DNA from: Octopus vulgaris
Lineage: Eukaryota
NCBI GenBank assembly: GCA_951406725.2
Contig: OX597825.1
Coordinates: 87,978,001 to 88,042,000 of the forward strand
Reading direction: 5' to 3'
Length of the DNA stretch: 64,000 nucleotides
Below are positions 42,122-57,586 of the stretch, piece after piece (position 1 is the first letter of the stretch; every line of letters starts with the position of its first letter). A program made the position numbers and the translations under genes. The notes under the pieces are model-generated. The model worked only from the letters and a program-made list of their open reading frames with translations. It was not told where the DNA came from and made no database searches.

Positions 42122-44369
42122 ATACACACACATGCATATAACCTCTATCTCCCTTTATATGTGCTTATCTATTTATGTGTACACATACCCACACACATAC
42201 ACACACACATGCACAGAGTAATTAGCTTGCGTTAGAATTGTGTTTGTATTCGATTGTATCAACTGTGTTCTGCGACTAGTATTTATCCTCCCGGCAAATA
42301 TGTCATGCGAAGCTGTCTCGAGTAGAACATTAACTAAAAGAATGAGAACATTAATTAACTTACTGCTTAGTTATTTTATCTGAGTCGTGTAGTTTTTTTT
42401 TCTTAATTACTTTTGTTAATATACTGATATAATAAAACATGTGTCTTTTGGCAAAAGCTACTTTGTCGGAGTCATCGTACAAGAAAAAAAAAATAGACGC
42501 CCATATAAAACATATTTACAGTTAGAATAGCATACATAAGTCATAGCATCTGCCCCAATGCGCGAAAGATTAAGTAGACTGTATATATAAATATATGTAT
42601 ATATATATATATATATATGAATGCTTCTATATTTGTGTAAACATCAGTCATAAACACCCACACATATTTAACATTTACCTTTTCTAATGAAAAAAATGAT
42701 TCATAGTGATTTGGAAGTTTTATTATGTTCTTCTTTGTCAGAAAGTCTAATGAGGGCAGAACTTAGAAATCATTGGCAGTCTTTTGCTTGTACAGTTAAA
42801 TAATTTATACTCTGCTGGAAAGTTTTAGGTGAATCTTAAATTATATTTATATGTAACCCCAGATACAACATGACACCTGGAAGGAATATCAACGTATATA
42901 TTCTGAAAAAAATGTGTTCGTTGCTGTAGTGTACATCAAGAGAATAACCGCTACTTTTACGACGACATTATGTTCAATACGTTCGGTTCCTTGGTGCACG
43001 GCATCCCGGGACACCGGGGTTTTTCGTATCCGTCAACCGATAAAAAAAAATGACATTTATTTGTGTTCGACTCATGCAGTGCGATGTATCTTACTTGTAT
43101 AGGGTTCTTGTAGATAATTCGGAACATAAAGTTCCTAAATCCATGTTAAAATATACCAAAGTACAAGATTTTTTTACGGCAGCTTTACTCATATCATAAC
43201 ACAATACCGAAATAATAAATGCGCAAAAAATACAGGCATTAAAAAGTCTTACACGTGGCTGATGATGCGGTCGCTTAACAGATAATCTCGTCTCCTTGGA
43301 AAAGCCTACAATATTTTGCCCAGTTTATAACGAAAGAGCACAGAAAAGAAATATATTTTACTTCTTGTAAATGAAGCAGTGAAAGCTTTGAAGAACTAGA
43401 TTGCGAATTTAGAAAAATCTACTGTTTCAAAGAAACGGTAAAAGAACTGATAAAAATAAAGAAATTCAACCTCAAACACAGTCATGTCTTCGATGAAACG
43501 AAAATACTTTTTCATGCGTGTGTCTTTATCTGTATAAAGGCAGACGCAAATGCATATATTATTATACATATAAATATGTATGTACATATACACACAGACC
43601 CCTCTCCATATATGTATGTACGTATATATGCATGTATGTATGAATAGAAACACATATAAATATAATATATATATATATGTATGTATGTATGTATGTATGC
43701 ATGTATGTATATATATATATATATGTGTATGTATATATACGTGTTTATACCGTATGGAAAATACGACTGATTTTATTTAAACATTTATATTAATGTTTTT
43801 TTTTATCTGCCTACGAGACGACTACAGATCATTTGGAGCAATAAATCTCTCTGATTTTTTGTATGAACGATTTCAGGCTATTTCCGCGTCCTATTTATTA
43901 TGTGAACCAGTTTAGAGCTTCTGTCTTGTTTAAAATGATCAACTTATGTTTATACAGGTTTTATCGTCTGAATTGACCATTACAGTTTTAGGTTTCTTCG
44001 TCTACTAAAAAGTAAGGTTAAGCCTTCTGTCAATAGTCTTTTACCAAGCTTTGTGTAATGGTCTGAGGTGTCGAGGGTAGCTGTTTTCCCTTCTTAAAAT
44101 GCATATGACCCTACAGTAAACTATTTCCCTTTTTTTGGCGAAAATAATCATTAGAAATACGATATTTATATCTTTATAAATATATTTATATCTTACGAGG
44201 AAATTTAAAACTATATGGGAGATTTTAAATTTGTTCTCAAAATTGAGATGGTTTTCCTTCCATAATGGATTTTGGCCTCCTTGTATCGTAATTTTTGACA
44301 AGTGCCAACCAGATTGAAAGGCACGAATGAATTAAAAAGGAAATCTCCACAGAAAGAAATATGGGATTC

Positions 44370-44571
44370 AGAGTTTAGAACAAGGCTAGCAACTTCAGGG
44401 TAAGGGGTTAGCGAATTATATCGGCCCTAATTCTCAACTGGTATTTATTTTATTGACTCCGAAAGGATGAAAGGAAAAATCAACATGGCCGGAATTTGAA
44501 GTCAGAATGTAAAGACGGACGAAATATCTTTAAGCATTTTGCCCGGCGTGTTAACGATTCTGTCAGCTCGA
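44370..44571 (-). mobile_element. tRNA-derived SINE (family 1)
   Basis: Minus GAGCTGACAGAATCGTTAACACGCCGGGCAAAATGCTTAAG...CTTCAAATTCC. Confidence 0.75.
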
Positions 44572-44664
44572 ACCTTTCAGTGAGTTGGAAAATATTAATA
44601 TCAAAACACAAAGCCATCATTTCCATACAACATATATATGTCACAATTAATACACGCACACACA

Positions 44665-44811
44665 CACACACGTGCATATGCCCATACGCGCAGAGTTATA
44701 TGCAAATACACGTCTAAAAATACGCACATGTGCACGAGCATATAGCATGTGTGTATTTTTAGACGTGTATTGGTATATAACTGTTCGCATATGGGTATGT
44801 GCACGTGTGTG
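44665..44811. repeat. Imperfect inverted repeat with 66-bp arms
   Basis: 44665-44730 versus 44746-44811, about 8 mismatches. Confidence 0.8.
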
Positions 44812-45143
44812 TGGTTTTGTATACGTGTGCATGTACGGTTGCATATATATGTGCATGTATTTGGCGTATCTGTGGGTGCGCATGTGGTTTCATGCAAGTT
44901 TGTGTGAGCATATGTATATAGGCACATATATTTAGGAGTGCGTGTGCGCCTGTGTATGAATGCACATGCGCGCATACGCGACTTTTATGAGCATTTTGAC
45001 TTCTTTCCTTTTTACTTCCTTCTCTTCGGATTTTCCCCCTTATTTAACGGTCGTTCTAATAGCTCTTTTGACTTAATAAAGGCCAATTACATAGTAATTT
45101 CCTTTTGTTTAACGGTCATTTTCATAGCATATATTGATTACCT

Positions 45144-45304
45144 CCATAACTGAAGAGATGCCGCTGCATGTTTCCACCCCAACATCCGAAACTCGGAGCT
45201 TTAGTATGGCAAGCGAATAATTGTCGCATATTATATTACAGATAAATTCCTCTATTTACATAATATCGAGGTCTCTTTCATTCTTTGGTTATCTTACCAT
45301 TACT
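45144..45304 (+). mobile_element. Penelope-like terminus with hammerhead motif (45144-45209; U16.1 replaced by C)
   Basis: CCATAA-CTGAAGA-GATG...CATC-C-GAAA-CTCGGAG-CT-TTAGTATGG, then ~95 bp before (TA)n. Confidence 0.55.
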
Positions 45305-46247
45305 ATATATATATATATATATATATTCTTCAAACGCAAATCTTACGCGAGTTCTAACTTTCAAATATTACTAGCAAAAAAACGTGTAAACATGCAGATA
45401 CGGGCAAGTGTTAATAAGAAAATATTTAATTGCAGCATAGAAGCGACCACTTCTTTCTCCCAGCCACATGTAGTGAAGAATTCTGGAAGTTAAATTACGG
45501 GAAGATTATTTTCTCTTATTTTAATTGTTTATGACGAATTATTATATATATATTTTTTAAATTTAGACGTGATAGATTTTCTCGGTCAATGGCGTAAACA
45601 ACGTTTCGAACTGAATTTAGCGCCTGTTATAAATGTCGTTTTTACTGTCATTGTCTATGAATGGAAGCACACTGTTCATCTTTCGCATTCGTTGTAATAG
45701 GACTTAACAATCAGATGATTGACAATGCTATTGAATTTGTAATCTGTTAATTTGAGATAGTGTTTACTAGAGAGTAGATAAGTACCTTGCGGGACATAAA
45801 AAACAATTCCAGCAAATTAACACACCGAAGGACAGACTAAAACGTACCAGAAAAAAATTCTATAAACAGTAACAAACAAACAGAAAAAATGCTTACAGAA
45901 AATAATGTTACAAAGAGTAAGTGAAAGAAAAGATACAACTTATGGCTTATGAAAAACAACAGCAAAAAGAATCAATAGTAACAAGGTAAGAAGCGATTCA
46001 TAAATAGACCTATTAGTATTTTCTGTAGCGTAATACGCGAAAAGCAAATCTCTAGATATGTATGTAGAAGTGAAAACTTTAATCTAGAAACATTTTTCTC
46101 TCTCTCGTTTTTCTTTTTTATACTCATTTCTTTCTATGGATGAGCTTAGACTCGAAATATCAAAGCCTCTTCCGTATTTCCTTACTGTCGCGTTTGTTCC
46201 CTAACCTGTCTCTGAATTTTTATTTTTATTTCCTTGTACAGTTTTGG

Positions 46248-47890
<1,643 letters not shown>

Positions 47891-48459
47891 ACTTTGATAC
47901 TTTGATACTTTGATAGGTTTCGGCCATTATTGGCCCAGGCCATGTCTAACTTAATAGCACCACCTGGTGAAGTCTTTCAAGTCAGAATTTGGGCACTATG
48001 GCCCACTCAAGTAGAGAGTTATTGTTTACAGAGACATATCCGGGTGTAGGGGGTTTATCCGGGATTTCTTGAAGGAATCTGTCCAAAGACTTCTTGAACC
48101 CTATAGGGTCAGTTTCTGTTTTAATGTGTTTTGGTGTAATGTTAAAGAGAGCGGGGCCAATTGAGGTGAAATAATTGTGCCGTATTGTTGTTATGAGATG
48201 AGAGTGCGATTTTTGTTTTGGGCGGATGGCACGGGGCCCAAGCCTTGGATGTACCTTAAAGGTGATGCCAACATCATTTGGGCAATGCTGATGGAATATT
48301 TTCCACATCATGCAGATGATGTAGCGCTCACGACGACGTTGGAGAGAATAGAGTTTTAGCTTTTCTAGTCGACCCCAATAGTCGAGGCCTGTCATGCCAT
48401 CTATCTTTTTTGTGATTGCCCTTTGAGGTGCTTCTGACTTTTATGATACCTTGTATTGT
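47891..48459 (-). mobile_element. CR1-like family A 3' fragment in (TA)n
   Basis: Almost identical to 25253-25820: one substitution seen over ~540 bp, plus a few differences near the 5' junction. Confidence 0.95.
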
Positions 48460-48485
48460 ATTGTATTTATATATATATATGTATT

Positions 48486-48518
<33 letters not shown>

Positions 48519-48519
48519 G

Positions 48520-48580
<61 letters not shown>

Positions 48581-48581
48581 G

Positions 48582-48814
<233 letters not shown>

Positions 48815-48886
48815 TCATATATATATATGTATTTATATATATATATATTTATATATATATATATGTATTTATATATATATATATAT

Positions 48887-49852
48887 GATTGATTGATTGA
48901 TTGATTGATTCTAGTTTCAGCTTATGAGCTGTGGCCATGCTGGGGCACCGCCATTTGGTGTTGCTACTTGGTTTCACTTCATGGAGGCTTTCTAGCAACT
49001 GCTATTTGGTGCATGAGAGAGTTCGATGCAGCTGCCCTCATCTGCCCCTCCTGCCGTGAAGTTGGTTCATCTGGGACACCTGACAGGAAGAGATCCAGCT
49101 TCATTTTAAAGACATCTGTATCCACCCCATGCAGGTCTCTCAGGTTCTTCGGGAGGATATTGAAGAGCTGTGGGCCTCGGAAGCCCAGGCTATCACAGAA
49201 TCTTGTCCTACATCTTGATGGCAGGTTTGGAGTCCTAGGCACCACGCAGTGGCGCCCAGTTCTGGCATTTGCGTAACTCTCGATGCCAAAGTTCAGGACA
49301 CTTCCCTCCAGGATCTTCCAGATGTATATTATGGCATATCTTTCCCGCCTACGCTCCAGGGAATATAATTTTAATCTCTTGAGTCTTTCCCAGTAGCTTA
49401 CATTCTGCATAGAGGCTATCTTCTTTGTGTAGCTTCGTTGGATCGCCTCAAGTTCTGTGATCAACTTGACACTGGATGGTGACCATAGCTGAGAGCAATA
49501 GTCAAAGTGGCTTAGGACAAGTGTCTTCCAGAGGACTATCATGGTTTCTTGTTCTCTTGTTCTAAAGGTTCTAAGAATCCATCCAGCCAGCCGTCTACAT
49601 TTCATTGTCAGTTTAGCAACATGTACATGAAAGGTCGCGTCATCACTCATGTGAATACCCAGGTCACGCACTGATTGTGCCTCTGGGATTGCAATCCCTC
49701 CGGGTCCAGTGTATTCATTGTGTATTGCATTCAGTTTTGCATGCTGATAGTATAAAGCTTGAAACTTTCCAGCATTGGACTGCATGCTATTCTTTTCAGC
49801 CCACTTGTATATTTCGTCCAGCTCACATTGCAGGTGTTTAGTGTCCTCAGGG
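48887..49852 (-). mobile_element. CR1-like family B 3' fragment with (AATC)6 tail, in (TA)n
   Basis: Open 268-aa frame 48979-49785 corresponding to the post-RT C-terminus; TA on both sides. Confidence 0.93.
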
Positions 49853-50012
49853 ACACTATATATATAGGGACACTAAATATATATATTTATATATATATAT
49901 ATGTATTTATATATATATAAATATATATATTTATATATATATGTATTTATATATATATATATATTTATATATATATGTATATATATATATATGTATTTAT
50001 ATATATATATAT

Positions 50013-50477
50013 GTCTTTAGTAAAATTATTGGGGTGACGGCTGTACAGGCGTTAGGGGAGGCCATCCCATGTCTGTTGATTGTGGTGGTCTTGCATAGTG
50101 GTTGGAAGGGTTCCTTCTCTGTGCTTAGTGTAGCCGGGTGAGCTGCCGGACAATTCTTTGCGCCATGCATAAAAAAAGACTCTTGCTCAGCTGCTGCGTT
50201 GCGCAGAACATCTGAGGAGCGTACTTCGTTTTTGGAACATTTCCTGTGAGACATTTCTTGTTTTCCCTCAGCAAAGCTCTTCTGTTTGAGTCCCCTGAAG
50301 TTTTGGCTGGGTGTCGGGTGGGCGAACCGGTAGTTTTTGCCGTCCTCACCATGCCAACATTTTCCCCGCAGGTAGAATTTACAAGTTCTTCGGTGCCTTC
50401 CAAATTTCTTCTTTCCTGAAGTGTACTGGGTGGCATTGGATCCTCCATGGGGTTCTCTGCTGTTTGTGTGGTGGGTT
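50013..50477 (-). pseudogene. Fragment encoding CCCH-type zinc fingers, probably ORF1 or the 5' part of the CR1/Zenon-like LINE
   Basis: Minus frame reads RRTCKFYLRGKCWHGEDGKNYRFAHP...[11 protein letters not shown]...[17 protein letters not shown]; flanked by (TA)n. Confidence 0.65.
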
Positions 50478-50837
50478 ATATATATATATATATATTATAT
50501 ATAATCTATATATATATATATTATATATAATATATATAATATATATATATATTATATATAATCTATATATATATATTATATATAATATATATATATTATA
50601 TATAATCTATATATATATATATTATATATATATATATATATATTATATATAATATATATAATATATATATTATATATAATTTATATATATATATTATATA
50701 TAATATATATATATATATTATATATAATCTATATATATATAATATATATGATATATATAATATATATATATATATTATATATGATCTATATATATATATA
50801 TTATATATAATCTATATATATATATATATTATATATA

Positions 50838-50868
<31 letters not shown>

Positions 50869-51610
50869 GTAGGTCCCGGGTTGATTCGGGGTTAACCACA
50901 GTAAATAAGGTACTCAATACATAGCAGAGTAAAATTAATTTATTATATAGAAGGAGCTTCTACAGGACTAGAACTGTTTCATTCAAGAGAAATCTTCAGG
51001 AAGCTAGTTAACAAGAATTGTATTGGCATTTATACATTTAGGCAGGTTTAAAGGGGTGTTGGTGGGGGACTTTTTGGGGGTAGGCATAGCGCAAAATATC
51101 ATACTTGGGGGAGTGGTCAAGGAGTCAGTGTTAAATTAGATAGAAGAATAAATAAAAAAGTAAAAAAATAAAAAAATCTATATATAAAAAAAGGGGAATA
51201 GAGTTTTAGGTAAATAAGGAGATTCTCACTTATACCTATGCACACATGTATACCTACATACACACACATACAAACATATATACATATACATACGCTCATA
51301 CATACACACATATATATATATATATATATATACATATATATACACTTACACATACATATACATATCTACACATACACATATATGTATACATACACACACT
51401 CACATGCATACACGTATACACACATGTATATATACACACACGACCACACATACATATACGCACAGAAAAATATATATACACATACACACACATACTCACA
51501 TACACGCATACACACACATATATATATCCACACACACACATGCACACACAGCACACTGGTCCCTATATACACATACACACACATATACACACACACACAT
51601 ACATACATAT

Positions 51611-51667
<57 letters not shown>

Positions 51668-52082
51668 TATACATATGTGTACCTATGCATACCTACACAC
51701 ACACACATATATATACACATACAAATACAGACCCATTCCCTAATTTTAATTTTATTATCTTCGTTTATTACTTTTGTTATCTTTGGCCGCTTGGTCACAA
51801 ACATCTTGGCTATGACAGCCAGTCCATTTATCTGTCTACTGGAAAACAAGCACTCATTCACTCACGCACACTCTTTAGCACGTACACTCACTCATTCGTA
51901 CACTCATACACATACACGCACGCACGCGGTATATTCATACATACATACATCTACATACATTCACGTATATACACATACGTACGCGTACCTACAGATTCAT
52001 GTCTACACTCTTAGAGGCTAGTCTATATATATACACCAATAAATATAAATACACACACATACATATACACCTACATACAAAT

Positions 52083-52142
<60 letters not shown>

Positions 52143-52371
52143 TCACATATATATATACACGCATATATACATACACATATACACGTACACACACATACGC
52201 ATACACACACATATACATATATATACACACATACACATACATACATATACACACATACACATACATACGTATACATACATACATACATCCATACATCCAT
52301 ACATACATACATTTATACACATACACACACCCACATACATACATATATATACGCGCATATATATATATATA

Positions 52372-52432
<61 letters not shown>

Positions 52433-52862
52433 ATACACATATACATATACATTCATACACACACATACATATACATACATACATACATATACAAATATGC
52501 GCACACACATACATACATACTCATATACTCATACACGCACATACACATGTACATGCGTACCCATACACACACACACGCGCGCGCGCATCCATATATACAC
52601 ATAAGTACACCCATGCGTAAAAGTATACATATATCTATGCTTACACATACACACACACACACGCGCCTCTTATATTCATACTTACATGCATACTCAAAAA
52701 ATAAGTAAATAGTAAAATATATATACGCGCAGTTATTCATACATGCATACTCAAAAATAAATAATAAATATTAAGTATATGTACGTGCAGTTACCTATTA
52801 TATAGACGGATACATACATATAAACTTACACACATATATATATATATATATATTTATATATA

Positions 52863-52897
<35 letters not shown>

Positions 52898-52964
52898 CAC
52901 ATATACACATATATACACACATACACATATACATACATATATATACACACACACACACATACAC

Positions 52965-52995
<31 letters not shown>

Positions 52996-53040
52996 CATAC
53001 TTACACACAGGTACATATAAATACACACATAGATAACTCA
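50869..53040 (-). mobile_element. Non-coding Penelope/retrozyme-like insertion carrying a hammerhead
   Basis: Both flanks share an unusual TATTATATATAATC-type minisatellite. The body is mostly CA/TA low complexity; a hammerhead and AATAAA lie near the 3' end. Confidence 0.5.
50955..51005 (-). ncRNA. Type I hammerhead ribozyme, intact core, GUA cleavage triplet
   Basis: AGCTTC-CTGAAGA-T-TTC-TCTT-GAA-T-GAAA-CAG-TTCTAGTC-CTG-TA-GAAGCT: 6-bp helix I and 4-bp helix III. Confidence 0.75.
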
Positions 53041-53051
53041 TATTATATATA

Positions 53052-53095
<44 letters not shown>

Positions 53096-53741
53096 ATATA
53101 ATCTATATATATATATTATATATAATCTATATATGTATATATTATATATATATATTATATATAATCTATATATGTATATATTATATATATATATTATATA
53201 TAATATATATAATATATATATATTATATATAATCTATATATATATATTATATAATCTATATATGTATATATTATATAATCTATATATGTATATATTATAT
53301 ATATATATTATATATAATATATATTATATATATATATATTATATATAATATATAATATATATATATATATATTTATCTATATATATTATATATATATATT
53401 ATATATATGTATATTATGTATATATATTATATATATATTATATATGTATAATATATATATATTATATATATATATTATATATATATTATGTATATATACA
53501 TTATATATATATATTATATATATATATATTATATATATATATTATATATAAATATATTATGTATATATTTATTATATATATATATTATGTATATATTTAT
53601 TATTATATATATATTATGTATATATTTATTATATATATATATTATGTATATATTTATTATATATATATATTATATATATATTTATTATATATATATATAT
53701 TATATATATATATATTATGTATATATTATATATATATATAT

Positions 53742-56236
53742 CGTGTAGCTACGTTGGATCGCCTCAAGTTCTTTCATCAACTTGACACTGGATGGTGACC
53801 ATAGCTGAGAGCAAAAGTCAAAGTGGCTTAGGACAAATGTCCTCCAGAGGACCATCATGGTTTCTTGTTCTCTTGTTCTAAAGGTTCTAAGAATCCATCC
53901 GGCCAGTCGTCGAAATGTTGTACACGAAAGGTTGCATCATCACACATTTAAATACCCAGGTCACGCACTAATTGTGCCTCTAGGATTGCAATCCCTCCGG
54001 GTCCAGTGTATTCATTGGGTATTGCATTTACTTTTGCATGCTGATAGCATAAACCTTGAAACTTTTCAGCATTGAACTGCATGCTATTCTTTTCAGCCCT
54101 CTTGTATATTTTGTCCAGCTCACATTGCAGGCGTTTAGTGTCCTCAGGGTTCTGTATTGCCTGTGAAACTTTTGTATCATCTGCATAACTTGTGATCGTG
54201 TCTCTCTGCGTGGCTGAGTGCATGTCTGAGAGGGCCATTATGAACAGTAGTGGTCCCAAAACAGTGCCCTGCGGAACACCTCTCACTATTTGCGTGTTAA
54301 TGGAAGTGGCCCCATTGGCTACTACCACCTGACTTCTATCTTTCAGAAAGTCATGAAGCTATTCTCCCAGTTTTCCAACTATGCTAAGATCACGCAGTTT
54401 GTGACATATCATTCCATGATCGACTTTATCAAAGGCCTTTGCAAGTCGAGATATATCACTTCCACATTTGTGTGGTTGAGCAGTCGTTTCAGCACCCAGT
54501 CATAGTGTTGTAGGAGCTGAGTTAAGCAGCTTCTCCCTGGTCGGAAACCATGTTGGGTGTCAGGCAGCAAGTCATTTTCTTCGAGGAAGGTGATCAGTTT
54601 CCTTCTGACTATTCGTTCCATGATCTTGCTGATGTGTGAGGTCAGAGAGATAGGTCTGTAGTTCTTGGCCACCGCTCTGCTACCTCCTTTATGAATAGGG
54701 CATATTTTACCTTCCTTCAGTTTTCTTGGAAGTTTGCCAGCTGCAAGGAAGCTCTGAAAGAGGAACTGCATTGGTCTTGCTAGGACTCTCTTACATACTT
54801 TTTTAGGAGGATTGCCGGGAATCCATCGGGGCCAGTAGCTGAGTCTGTTTTCATTTCATCTATAGCCTTTATTACATCGTCTTCCTTTATATCGATGTAA
54901 TCTATCGTCGCTGCCTCTGATTTAATATCTGCAGTGGTAAAGAAGTCAGTTCGATTGCTGATTTGGAAATGCCCAAGGGGTGGAGTGAAAACACTCTTGA
55001 ATTGTTCATTCAGTATTTCACTTACCCTCATTGGTTTTCCTGTGAGTGTACCATCCTTTTCATGGAGTGGCCCTATTCTACAGTGCACCGTAGCTGTTTC
55101 TTTGGCATACCTGTAGAAAGCTCTGGGGTTAGATTTTATGTTGTCTATAGCCCAGGTTTCTTTGTCTGCTCTTTCCTTTTCATGGGAGAGTTGCAGACAT
55201 TTTTCAATTTCCAACAGTTTTATTTTCAGGCGGGACTTTTCACTGCTTTCAATTTGTTTGTTTAGGCGATTTGAAATTTGTGTACGCCGTCTCATTAAAA
55301 TTTTCCTCTCACTGGGGATTTTGTTCTTGTGTACAGTGGCCTTTCTCTCTGGGACACATTTGTAGCATATGGCTTGCATTACAGACATGAATTGTTGAGG
55401 TTTCACGTCGATGTCTGGCGAGGAGAGACATTCAGGCCAGTTTTGTTTGAGGATCTCTTTCTCAATTTGTTTCCAGTTTGCCTTATGGAAGTTCAAGCTG
55501 GAAAGATTCTGAAGGTTTCTTGTAGGCTGCATGTCCATGCTTTCCTTTGGCCCGTACATGGTCAGCTCTACCATGTTGTGATCCGAGAGTAGTGTCGGTG
55601 TCACTTTCACATTATGGATGAGATCCATATTATTTGTGAAGCAGAGATCCAGTGTGTTACCTGCCCTGGTTGGTTGGAGTATTACCTGCTCCATGTACAG
55701 GGTGTTGATGAGGTTCAGGAGGGACCTCGCCTGTCCTCGTTCACATCTTGTCATTCCTGGGAGAGAAAAGCCCTCGGGCCATCTGACATTGTGTAGATTG
55801 AAGTCCCCCATAAGAAGTACACTTATGTGTTGTTCTAATGTGATTAGAACTTCTTCTATTTTTATAAGGCATTCTTCAAACTTGCCTACATTGCTTGGGG
55901 CATTTGGAGGGCGATATTTAGCACACACAACGACATCAAGTTGCCTTATATGTACTATTAGTGTGTCACACACCGAGTTTGAGTATGACAAAAGGACCTG
56001 GGGTGTGAGGTCCTCACGGTTGTACATAGCAACTCCTCCATGACTCCTTTATTTTCTGTCGGTCCGTAGTACAACATACTGTGGTATGCGTAATTCCGCA
56101 TCTGCTATGTCCGGTTTCAGGTGCGTTTCCGTAAGTGCTATGCATAAGGCTTGATTGCATGCAACAAAGTCTCTCAAGAACGGGATTTTTGTCCTGTTAC
56201 TGAGTGTTTGCAGTCCTCTGATGTTCAGTAGGAGCA
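53742..56236 (-). mobile_element. CR1/Zenon-like family B APE+RT segment, truncated at both ends, with several frameshifts
   Basis: [59 protein letters not shown]; TA tracts at both ends. Confidence 0.93.
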
Positions 56237-56252
56237 TATATATATATATATA

Positions 56253-56420
56253 TAGGGAGAATTCACAAACACAAAACAAAAGACGAAGACAGGTGGTGTA
56301 GACAACAAACAAATGTAATAGTATAACGCTCGGGAAGTGAAAAAGTCTTCAAAGTTTCGAGCCTACACTCTTCCACAGAAAGAGACACAGAAAGAAACAA
56401 GGGGAGAAAATACAGAATGT
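56253..56420 (-). mobile_element. Penelope-like terminus with variant minimal hammerhead (56346-56383)
   Basis: Minus TCTTT-CTGTGGA-A-GAGT-GTAG-GCTC-GAAA-CT-TT-GAAGA; homologous to 24084-24188; ends in (TA)n. Confidence 0.6.
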
Positions 56421-56441
56421 GTTGTGGGTAACGATATATCG

Positions 56442-56487
<46 letters not shown>

Positions 56488-56490
<3 letters not shown>

Positions 56491-57056
56491 TGACGTATTT
56501 TTGCCATTTCAATATGGCTATATATATTTACATTATGTGCGAAAATTTATGTCAAAACATTATCAAGGTAATCTATATAATCTATATCTAAATTCTAAGT
56601 GAACATGTTTAGTTATGATTCGAATTTTACATTAATCCGATGGGTGACTCTATACTTTTGTAGGTTACAAAATAGATGTTGTTGACAGTGACCTCAAAGA
56701 TTCGGCCAGCAAAACCGTCATCATCTTGCAATGCATTCGAGTTAGTTTTGCCTTTGTGCTGTCCCTATTGAGTAAAAATCATCTTTGGGTGTATGAGATT
56801 GAGTGGGGTTGGTTATTAGTAGTTTTCATGGTTGGGTTATTTCCTACACATGTTCGATAATAACGTATCATTTTTTCAGCTAGAGTAGCGAAAAGTGTGC
56901 GTGTGTTGATGGTATAATGTCTTGAACTGGTTTGCTGTATGTCCCATGTATGTAGATATTGTAGTTGGTGCATTTTTGTTGTTACGGTTGTGATATATAC
57001 GATATTTGTTGAGAGGCAAATTACTTATAGAGGAGAAAATGAAAGTATATCTGTAC
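56488..57056 (-). mobile_element. Penelope-like element 3' relic: GIY-YIG fragment plus degenerate hammerhead (~56682-56731)
   Basis: RIYH...[22 protein letters not shown] resembles a PLE GIY-YIG domain. Downstream is ATGATGA-CGGTT..GGCC-GAAT-CTTTGAG-GTC. TA on both sides. Confidence 0.6.
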
Positions 57057-57086
57057 AGGTATATATGTATGTATTTATGTATATGA

Positions 57087-57146
<60 letters not shown>

Positions 57147-57586
57147 ATGTGTATATGTATATATATATGTATATGTATATATATATGTATATATATATGT
57201 GTATATATATGTGTATATATATATGTGTGTATATATATATGTATATGTATATGTGTATATATATGTGTATATATATGTGTGTATATATATATGTATATGT
57301 ATATATATATATGTATATGAAAATATATATATTGCATATATATGTATATGTATATATATATATGTATATGTAAATATATATATTGCATATATATGTATAT
57401 ATATATATGCATATATATGTATATGTATGTATATATGCATATATATATATGTATATATATATGTATATATGTATATATACAAGTATATATATGTATATGT
57501 ATATATGTATATATACAAGTATATATATGTATATGTATTCATGTATATATATATATATATATATATATGAATATGAATGTATATAC

